Shown here piece after piece: positions 57,413-64,000 of a stretch of DNA of 64,000 nucleotides. Within the stretch, counting starts at the first letter, position 1, and each line of letters starts with the position of its first letter. The notes under the pieces are model-generated. The model ran no database searches. It had not been told where the DNA came from and saw only the letters and a program-made list of their open reading frames with translations. Position numbers and translations under genes: made by a program. Source of the DNA: Persephonella sp. (GTDB taxonomy: Bacteria; Aquificota; Aquificia; Aquificales; Hydrogenothermaceae); assembly GCF_015487465.1 (NCBI RefSeq), contig NZ_WFPS01000008.1, positions 10,139 to 74,138 of the forward strand. Direction: 5' to 3'.

Positions 57413-58468
57413 CTATTCAAAGAGTTTTAATCTTTTGTATTCTTTAAGCAGTTTTTGCTGCTGGTTCTGGACAAACTTGATCAGGTAGTTTTTGTCTTCA
57501 TTATTCAGTTTAGAAAACTCTGTCCCGTAACATACATTTTTTCCTATCTCTCTAATATTCTTTACCACCGCTTCTCCTTCTATCTGCCTGTCTTCAAATT
57601 TTATTTTCAGTTTTATCTTGGTTCCCACATTCATTTTCAGATTTTTTGTGTCAATAACATTTATACAGAAACCAACCCCGTCTATACTAATATCGGTAGT
57701 TTGGATATCCAGTTTTACCTGATTTCCTTCTTTGTCTGTTGTTAACACTTCAAGAGGGAGGTTTACTTTTATCCTGAAATCTCTCCTCCTTTGTATCTGC
57801 AGGAACTTGAATGTGTGGGGGATTTTTATTATGTATTTTCCGTCTTCCTCAAATATCTCCTCAACTTGTCCTTCAATGATATAAACAGCATCATCTTCTC
57901 TTGTAAATCTGATTTTTACAGTATCACCTTTTTTAAACGGAAAGGGCGGTTTTTTGTCAATAATGTACCAGTACATAAACTTTTCATCTTTGTCGTAAAG
58001 GGCAACAGGAAACACTCTGTTTTCAAACAAAAGGTTTCCTGTCTGAAAAAGATCTATATCTTTTGTTGATATTAGAGGCATAAAAGGAGGAATTCTATCA
58101 AATCCTAACTTTCTTCTCATGTTTTTTATCATATTTTCGTTGTAATCAGGATTTTCTTCTATGTAAGCCTGAATTACCTTTTCAAAAGGGGCTTTGTATT
58201 CTATTACCAGAAAGGGATCTTTGTGGAGCTTCTGGGAATATTTCCACAGAATTTCAAGTTCTGTTTTTGTTAATCCGTAACTTTCTCCATTTCTGAAAAA
58301 AAGCCTTTTAAGATACCGTTTTGAAACAAATTCTTCAAACTTTTCCCAGAAAACAAGAAAAAAACCGATCAGTGCAAAGATAAGGATTACTATGATTACA
58401 GCGAATATATTTACATTTTCAATTGTTGTTTTAAATGCATCAACTACAATATTTACCCTTTCATCCAC
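57413..58468 (-). CDS. membrane-anchored PilZ domain protein (YcgR-like)
   Basis: N-terminal TM. c-di-GMP binding motifs QRRRDFR (RxxxR) and TDISIDGVGF (DxSxxG). Located immediately upstream of motA. Confidence 0.8.
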   Translation of the reverse strand: MDERVNIVVDAFKTTIENVNIFAVIIVILIFALIGFFLVFWEKFEEFVSKRYLKRLFFRNGESYGLTKTELEILWKYSQKLHKDPFLVIEYKAPFEKVIQAYIEENPDYNENMIKNMRRKLGFDRIPPFMPLISTKDIDLFQTGNLLFENRVFPVALYDKDEKFMYWYIIDKKPPFPFKKGDTVKIRFTREDDAVYIIEGQVEEIFEEDGKYIIKIPHTFKFLQIQRRRDFRIKVNLPLEVLTTDKEGNQVKLDIQTTDISIDGVGFCINVIDTKNLKMNVGTKIKLKIKFEDRQIEGEAVVKNIREIGKNVCYGTEFSKLNNEDKNYLIKFVQNQQQKLLKEYKRLKLFE

Positions 58469-58502
58469 AATTTATCTCCGGACTGTAAAAAGGCTTATAA
58501 CT

Positions 58503-59357
58503 CTATTTCGTAATTTCTTTGATTTTCTCAACAACCTCCTTTATTATCCAGTCCGGAGTTGAAGCACCTGCCGATACACCGATATTTTCTACTCCTTCAA
58601 ACCATTCAGCTTGAAGTTCGTCAGCTTTTTCTATATGGTATGTGTTCGGGTTAAGAGCTTTTGATATCTGGGCAAGTCTCCTTGTATTCCCGCTGTGTTT
58701 ACCACCTATTATGATCATTAGATCAACCTCTTTTGCTATCCTTTTAACCTCTTCCTGTCTGACTGATGTGGCATCACATATTGTGTTAAATACTTTAAGC
58801 TCTTCAACATTTGATGCTATGTATCCAACAGCTTCCTCAAAAAATTCCTCATTCTGTGTGGTCTGGGCAACAACACCGACCCTGTTTCTTTTTGGAAATT
58901 TTCTGATAAGATCTTCCATGTTTTCAACAACTATTCCTTTTCCTCCTACCTCCTCAAGATGCCCCAGAATACCTATAACTTCAGGGTGTCCTTCTTCTCC
59001 GATTATTATTACGAAGTATCCTTCCTCAACAAGCTGTCTTACCTTCTCATGAACTTTTTTAACAAAAGGACAGGTTGCGTCTATCAGGTTAACGCCTATA
59101 TCTTTTAGCATTTTTTCTGTTTTTGGTGGAACCCCGTGTGATCTTATAAGTATTGTGTCTCCTTTTTTAAGATCTTCATAGGATCTCAATTCTTTAACAT
59201 TTAGTCCTTCAAGAAACTGAACAACCTGTTTGTTATGAATAATAGGACCATTTGTAAAAGCCTTACCATAGGTTTTTCCTGCTTCTATTGCAGAATCTAC
59301 AGCTATTTTAACGCCAAAACAAAAGCCTGCTGACTCAGCGATCTTTATGTTAGCCAT
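58503..59357 (-). CDS. ispH: 4-hydroxy-3-methylbut-2-enyl diphosphate reductase
   Basis: AGFCFGV, ATCPFV and NTICDAT Cys contexts typical of IspH/LytB. Confidence 0.95.
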   Translation of the reverse strand: MANIKIAESAGFCFGVKIAVDSAIEAGKTYGKAFTNGPIIHNKQVVQFLEGLNVKELRSYEDLKKGDTILIRSHGVPPKTEKMLKDIGVNLIDATCPFVKKVHEKVRQLVEEGYFVIIIGEEGHPEVIGILGHLEEVGGKGIVVENMEDLIRKFPKRNRVGVVAQTTQNEEFFEEAVGYIASNVEELKVFNTICDATSVRQEEVKRIAKEVDLMIIIGGKHSGNTRRLAQISKALNPNTYHIEKADELQAEWFEGVENIGVSAGASTPDWIIKEVVEKIKEITK

Positions 59358-59368
59358 AATTTGCCTCC

Positions 59369-60001
59369 TTAAAGCTTTTTTATACTTTCCATAATATACT
59401 CGGCAATCTCTGAATATTCCATCTGCCTGTCTATAACTATAGGCTTCCCCACCTTTATCAGTATTGGAGACCTGCCGATTTTGGGAAATTTAGACCCTAC
59501 AGGATAAACAATGTCTGTTCCCTCAATTTTTATCGGGATTACAGGAGACTCTGTTTTTGAGACTATCAGTCCTACACCGCTTTGGGGTTTTCTGTATTCT
59601 CCTGGCTTTGCCCTTGACCCTTCAGGGAAAATCCCCACACAGTATCCATCTTTTATAAGGTTTACAGCCTGTTTTAATGCTCCTATATCCCTTTTGTTTC
59701 TTTTGACAGGAATAGCACCGGCTTTTTTTATAAACCAGCCAAGAACAGGCACTTTGAAAAGTTCCTGTTTTGCCATAAAGAAAATTGGTCTTGGAGATAC
59801 TGTGTTCAAAACAAAGGGATCAAGATTGCTTCTGTGGTTTGAGGCAAGAATGCACCCCTTTTCAAGGGGAATGTTTTCAATTCCTTCAACCTTAATTCTG
59901 AGCAAATTTTTAAAAAAAGGTCTTATTCTGAACCAGATTTTGTATCCGGTTTCTGAGTAATAAAAGTTTTCTTCCAAATCCAGCACCTGAATTTTTTTCA
60001 A
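59369..60001 (-). CDS. plsC: 1-acyl-sn-glycerol-3-phosphate acyltransferase
   Basis: NHRSNLDP (HX4D) and FPEGSR motifs. Confidence 0.85.
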   Translation of the reverse strand: MKKIQVLDLEENFYYSETGYKIWFRIRPFFKNLLRIKVEGIENIPLEKGCILASNHRSNLDPFVLNTVSPRPIFFMAKQELFKVPVLGWFIKKAGAIPVKRNKRDIGALKQAVNLIKDGYCVGIFPEGSRAKPGEYRKPQSGVGLIVSKTESPVIPIKIEGTDIVYPVGSKFPKIGRSPILIKVGKPIVIDRQMEYSEIAEYIMESIKKL

Positions 60002-60023
60002 TAAATTATATCCGTAAGAGTTT

Positions 60024-60656
60024 TTATTTCAAATTCTTTTCGCACATATCATTTAATGGACAATTTATGCATACAGGCTTTCTCTTGCAGTAATTTTTCC
60101 CAAGCTCAACCAAAAGGGCGTGGAACTCTTTGTAGATGTTTACATCTTTTGGAATATTTTGCTGAATTATCTTCTGAAGTTTTTTGTAGCTAATGTTTTT
60201 TGTCTTTATAATCCCCAGTCTGTAAAATATCCTTTTTGTGTAAGCATCAACAACAAAATAATGTCTGTCAAGACCATAAAGCAGAATACTGTCGGCTGTC
60301 TCCTCACCTATTCCTTTTATAGACAGTAGGAGATCCCTTGTTATCTTTTCTTTGGGAAGTCCTTTGACTGCTTTTACAAAATTTTTTATATAAATAGCCT
60401 TCTGGTTATAAAAACCTGCAGGTTTTATAAGCTTTTTTAGTTTTTCCAGATCAATTCTTTCAAATTGATCCCAGCTTAAAACATTTTCTCTAATGAGATT
60501 TTCAATCGCCTTTTCAACATTTTTCCAGTTTGTGTTTTGTGTCAGTATAGCCCCTATGGAAACCTCAAGAAATCTGTCTGTTTCCTTATGAACAGGCCAC
60601 CAATTTTGAAAGCCAAAATGATCAAGCAGTTTTTTGTATATCTCTTTTATCTGCAT
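60024..60656 (-). CDS. HhH-GPD superfamily DNA glycosylase (endonuclease III-related) with a 4Fe-4S cluster loop
   Basis: LLSIKGIGEETADSILLY hairpin-helix-hairpin, VVDAYTKRI and C-terminal CKRKPVCINCPLNDMC. Confidence 0.8.
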   Translation of the reverse strand: MQIKEIYKKLLDHFGFQNWWPVHKETDRFLEVSIGAILTQNTNWKNVEKAIENLIRENVLSWDQFERIDLEKLKKLIKPAGFYNQKAIYIKNFVKAVKGLPKEKITRDLLLSIKGIGEETADSILLYGLDRHYFVVDAYTKRIFYRLGIIKTKNISYKKLQKIIQQNIPKDVNIYKEFHALLVELGKNYCKRKPVCINCPLNDMCEKNLK

Positions 60657-60733
60657 AATATCATATAATATATTGAATTTTCTTTTAGCAGGTATATTTT
60701 TCGGTTGTCAGACGAAAAAAGGAGGTTTTTAAG

Positions 60734-61486
60734 ATGGCAGGACACAGTAAATGGCACAACATAAGGCATAAAAAAGCAAGACAGGACGCAAAAAGGGGAC
60801 AGCTTTTTACAAAACTGCTCAGGGAGATTACTGTTGCAGCGAGGCAGGGAGGACCTGATCCTGAGTTTAACCCAAGGCTGAGAATAGCCATAGAAAAAGC
60901 AAAAAAAGCTAACATGCCTATAGAAAATATTGAGAGAGCTATAAAAAGAGGAACAGGTGAACTTGAAGGTGTTAATTATGAAGAGGTTGTTTATGAAGGT
61001 TATGGACCTGACGGTGTTGCTGTAATCGTTGAGTGTCTGACAGACAATAGAAACAGAACAACATCAGAGGTTAGACATCTATTCACAAAACACGGGGGTA
61101 ATCTTGGATCTTCTGGTTGTGTTTCATTTCTGTTTGAAGAAAAAGGAGTTATAACCGTTCCTAAAGACTCAATATCTGAGGAAGAGCTTTTTGAAAAGGC
61201 TATTGAAGCAGGTGCTGAGGACATAGTTTCTGACGATGAAAGCTACTTTGAGATCAGAACAGAACCTAAAGATCTTTATTCTGTTAAAGAAGCCCTTGAA
61301 AAATCAGGTGTTAATGTTGAAAAAGCAGAGCTTACAAGAATTCCAACAACAACAGTTGAGATTAAAAATCCAGAAACAGCCCAGAAACTTATAAAGCTTC
61401 TTGATGCACTTGAGGACAGTGATGACGTCCAGAAGGTTTACTCTAATTTTGAGATGTCTGAAGATATGATGAAACAACTAGCATGA
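60734..61486 (+). CDS. yebC: YebC/PmpR family DNA-binding regulator
   Basis: [22 protein letters not shown]. Confidence 0.95.
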   Translation: MAGHSKWHNIRHKKARQDAKRGQLFTKLLREITVAARQGGPDPEFNPRLRIAIEKAKKANMPIENIERAIKRGTGELEGVNYEEVVYEGYGPDGVAVIVECLTDNRNRTTSEVRHLFTKHGGNLGSSGCVSFLFEEKGVITVPKDSISEEELFEKAIEAGAEDIVSDDESYFEIRTEPKDLYSVKEALEKSGVNVEKAELTRIPTTTVEIKNPETAQKLIKLLDALEDSDDVQKVYSNFEMSEDMMKQLA

Positions 61487-61953
61487 TGAAGGTTCTTGGT
61501 ATTGATCCGGGAAATTACAGCACAGGTTTTTGTGTTCTGTCTTCACAAAACAGCAAGTTTAACATAGAGAAGTCTGGAACCATAAAATCCAGAAGAAGAC
61601 CTGACAACCTAAAGAAGATATTTGTTTCCCTTCAGGAGGTAATTGATAGCTTTTCTCCTGACGAGATAGCCCTTGAATCTGCATTTTATGGGAAAAATCC
61701 CCAGTCTCTTATAAGGTTAGGAGAGGTAAGGGGGATAATACTTCTCCTTTCAACACTTAACGGGATACCTGTTTATGAATATACACCCCAAAAAGTGAAA
61801 AATTCCATCACAGGATACGGCTGGTCTAAAAAAGAAGACGTCAGTTTTATGGTTGAAAAGATACTTGGTATAAAAACGGAAAGTTACGATGAGGCAGATG
61901 CGGTAGCTGTTGCCTTCTGCCATCTACAATCAAGGAGGCTGAATATTGGATAA
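61483..61953 (+). CDS. ruvC: crossover junction endodeoxyribonuclease
   Basis: VLGIDPG...[11 protein letters not shown] and [12 protein letters not shown]. The start overlaps the yebC stop. Confidence 0.9.
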   Translation: MMKVLGIDPGNYSTGFCVLSSQNSKFNIEKSGTIKSRRRPDNLKKIFVSLQEVIDSFSPDEIALESAFYGKNPQSLIRLGEVRGIILLLSTLNGIPVYEYTPQKVKNSITGYGWSKKEDVSFMVEKILGIKTESYDEADAVAVAFCHLQSRRLNIG

Positions 61954-62560
61954 ACTGCTTGTTGCGACAACAAATAAAGGAAAACTGAAGGAGTTTAGGG
62001 AGATATTTAAAAATTTTGGGATAAAGGTTTTATCCCTTGAAGATATGGAAGAAAAAATCAGTGTTGAGGAAGACAGGGAAACATTTCTGGAAAATGCTGT
62101 TAAAAAGGCAAAAGTTTACGGAGATTTTTATAAAATGCCTGTTGTTGCTGAAGATGCCGGTCTTCAGGTTGAAACTTTAGGAGGATATCCGGGAGTTTAC
62201 TCTGCAAGGTTTTATGATATTGAGTTTGGAGGCAGGGAAACGGCAGAAAAAGATAAAGACAAAGCAAACATAAAGAAACTGCTGAGGCTTCTTGAGGGAG
62301 AGGAAAACAGAAAGGCAAGATTTGTAAGCGTTGTTGTTTTTTATAAACCTGAAGATTTTGGTCTATGGGCTGAAGGCTACTGTGAAGGGCAGATAACACA
62401 AAAGCCAATAGGAGAAAAAGGCTTTGGGTATGATCCTGTTTTTATCCCTGAAGGTTACACAAAGACGATGGCAGAGCTTGAACCTGAGGAGAAAAACAGG
62501 ATATCCCACAGGGGAAAAGCTGTAAGAAAGCTTGTAGAGAAGCTGAAGAAGGTCTTTTAA
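61946..62560 (+). CDS. rdgB: non-canonical purine NTP pyrophosphatase (Ham1/RdgB)
   Basis: [26 protein letters not shown] and SHRGKA. TTG start. Confidence 0.9.
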   Translation: MDKLLVATTNKGKLKEFREIFKNFGIKVLSLEDMEEKISVEEDRETFLENAVKKAKVYGDFYKMPVVAEDAGLQVETLGGYPGVYSARFYDIEFGGRETAEKDKDKANIKKLLRLLEGEENRKARFVSVVVFYKPEDFGLWAEGYCEGQITQKPIGEKGFGYDPVFIPEGYTKTMAELEPEEKNRISHRGKAVRKLVEKLKKVF

Positions 62561-62569
62561 CCTCCTAAT

Positions 62570-62598
62570 TTGATTATTTTTCCAAAAATTTTTATACT
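62570..62598 (+). promoter_or_regulatory. candidate sigma-70-type promoter for rpmI-rplT-pheS
   Basis: TTGATT-N17-TATACT, about 55 nt upstream of the rpmI ATG. Pattern match only. Confidence 0.3.
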
Positions 62599-62654
62599 AT
62601 TAAGTCTATTTCCTGTTAATTTCCATATTTTATTAAAAGGAGGTCTGATTTATT

Positions 62655-62861
62655 ATGGCTAAAGTTAAAATGAAAACTAACAAAACAGCGGCAAAAAGGT
62701 TCAAAGTAACAGCTAAAGGAAAGATAAAGTATTGGAAAGGTGGAATTTCCCACTACAACACAAAAAAAACAAGGAAAAGAAAAAGACAGGGAAGAAAGGC
62801 AAAATATGTCCCAGAAAATCTGAAACACAAAGTTGCTGCCTTAATCCCTAACGATGTATAA
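62655..62861 (+). CDS. rpmI: 50S ribosomal protein L35
   Basis: MAKVKMKTNKTAAKRFKVT..GKI. Confidence 0.95.
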   Translation: MAKVKMKTNKTAAKRFKVTAKGKIKYWKGGISHYNTKKTRKRKRQGRKAKYVPENLKHKVAALIPNDV

Positions 62862-62876
62862 AGGAGGTAAAGATAA

Positions 62877-63233
62877 ATGAGAGTAAAAGGACCATCTTCA
62901 AAGAAACATAAGAAGAAGATCTTAAAGCTTGCCAAAGGATATTACGGGGCAAAACACAGATCTTACAGAAGGGCTAAAGAGCAGGTATTAAGATCTCTCC
63001 AGTATGAGTACAGAGATAGAAGGCTCAGAAAGAGAGATTTTAGAAAGCTGTGGATAACAAGGATCAATGCTGCTGCAAGGCTTAACGGTCTGTCTTACAG
63101 CCAGTTCATACACGGGCTGAAGCTTGCAGGTATTGATCTTAACAGAAAAGTTCTTGCTGACATAGCTGTTACAGACCCTGAAGGATTTACAAAGCTTGCA
63201 GAAACGGCAAAATCAGCTCTTTCTCAGGGGTAA
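62877..63233 (+). CDS. rplT: 50S ribosomal protein L20
   Basis: MRVK......[12 protein letters not shown]....YR.AKEQV. Confidence 0.95.
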   Translation: MRVKGPSSKKHKKKILKLAKGYYGAKHRSYRRAKEQVLRSLQYEYRDRRLRKRDFRKLWITRINAAARLNGLSYSQFIHGLKLAGIDLNRKVLADIAVTDPEGFTKLAETAKSALSQG

Positions 63234-63236
63234 GGA

Positions 63237-64000
63237 TTGAGCCTTAAAGATCAGATAGAAAGCTTAGGAAAAGAGGCTATTGAGCTTATTAAAAAAGTGG
63301 AAAGCCTGGAGAAGCTGAATGCCTTAAGGGTGGAATATCTGGGAAAAAAAGGAAAGCTTAAGAGTATTCTTAAAACTCTTGGAAAGCTTTCCCCTGAAGA
63401 GAGAAAAGAGATAGGACAGCTTGCAAACAGAATAAAGGAGCAGCTTGAAGATCTTATAAAGAAAAAAGAGTCCCAGCTAAAAGAAAAGGCACTTGAGGAA
63501 GAGTTAAAAAAAGAAAGGATTGATATAACCCTTCCATCTGCCTGGATTGAAACGGGAAGTTCACACCCTGTTATATCAACACTTGTGGAGATCTCACAGA
63601 TATTCATCTCAATGGGCTTTTCTGTTGCAGAAGGTCCTGAGGTTGAGAAAGAAGAGTACAACTTTGATATGCTTAATATCCCAAAAGACCACCCTGCAAG
63701 AGACATGCAGGACACCTTTTTCTTGAACAACGGAGACCTGCTGAGAACCCATACGTCGCCTGTTCAGATAAGAACGATGCTGACACGAAAACCGCCTGTA
63801 GCTGTTATAGCTCCCGGAAGGGTTTACAGAAAAGATGCAGACCCAACCCATTCACCTATGTTTCACCAGATTGAGGGTCTTTTTGTTGATACTGATGTAA
63901 CATTCACAGATCTAAAAGGTATTCTGAAAATATTCCTTGAGTCTGTTTTTGGGAAAAATGTTGATATCAGGTTTAGACCAAGCTACTTTCCATTTACAGA
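63237..64000 (+). CDS. pheS: phenylalanine-tRNA ligase alpha subunit (5' partial, runs off the window)
   Basis: This ORF is not in the ORF track. My own translation from TTG 63237 gives SLKDQIESL...LRVEYLGKKG...HPARDMQDTFF...LRTHTSPVQIR...GRVYR.D.D.THSPMFHQIEG. Confidence 0.9.
   Translation, partial: MSLKDQIESLGKEAIELIKKVESLEKLNALRVEYLGKKGKLKSILKTLGKLSPEERKEIGQLANRIKEQLEDLIKKKESQLKEKALEEELKKERIDITLPSAWIETGSSHPVISTLVEISQIFISMGFSVAEGPEVEKEEYNFDMLNIPKDHPARDMQDTFFLNNGDLLRTHTSPVQIRTMLTRKPPVAVIAPGRVYRKDADPTHSPMFHQIEGLFVDTDVTFTDLKGILKIFLESVFGKNVDIRFRPSYFPFT

Noticed and set aside
62561-62654. L20-binding translational operator/leader upstream of rpmI
   Set aside because: infC is absent upstream (rdgB precedes instead), and the 94-nt AT-rich leader shows no convincing pseudoknot-forming complementarity by eye. 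I report only a weak promoter-like hexamer pair.
63251-63730. 159-aa minus-strand ORF
   Set aside because: It is antisense to the clearly recognisable pheS reading frame (HPARDMQDTFF, THTSPVQIR). Its Ser/Phe-rich composition marks it as a shadow ORF.

Overview
This is a gene-dense, AT-rich bacterial chromosomal segment. About 75 CDS are supported, many with 1-20 nt start/stop overlaps, plus one tRNA; there are no rRNA genes and no CRISPR array. The gene content looks like a thermophilic Aquificota-type genome (BioW, one MotA followed by two MotB paralogs, Lys/Glu/Ile-rich proteins); this taxonomic guess is inference only. Most of the window is housekeeping: rpmF-plsX-fabH, ilvBN-ilvC, purB, miaB, hisA, thyX, dcd, fabI, ispA, ispH, accA, rpsA, rplS-rnhB, rpmI-rplT-pheS, ruvC, yebC and biotin genes. 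The most unusual locus is a tightly coupled minus-strand cassette at 40302..43756. It encodes LexA, a P-loop-less RecA-fold (ImuA/SulA-like) protein, an unknown 82-aa protein, and a divergent family B DNA polymerase. The polymerase has degenerate exonuclease motifs and an altered motif C. Its reading frame is split exactly at an in-phase A AAA AAG heptamer within an A9 tract, so a -1 shift joins the two halves seamlessly. Other accessory or odd loci are: (1) an RsbW-like/GNAT fusion with a STAS partner, divergent from lexA; (2) a 0.7-kb islet carrying a DUF4258/DUF2283 pair, bracketed by a 28-nt duplication of the tRNA-Arg 3' end; (3) an IS1-like remnant with 11-bp inverted repeats; (4) an operon for a secreted tandem-repeat His/Glu/Met-rich protein, an outer-membrane barrel and a two-component system; (5) a pilZ-motA-motB-motB cluster; (6) a bioW-orf-bioH-bioC cluster. 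All protein calls come from motif recognition by eye, and no database search was possible.
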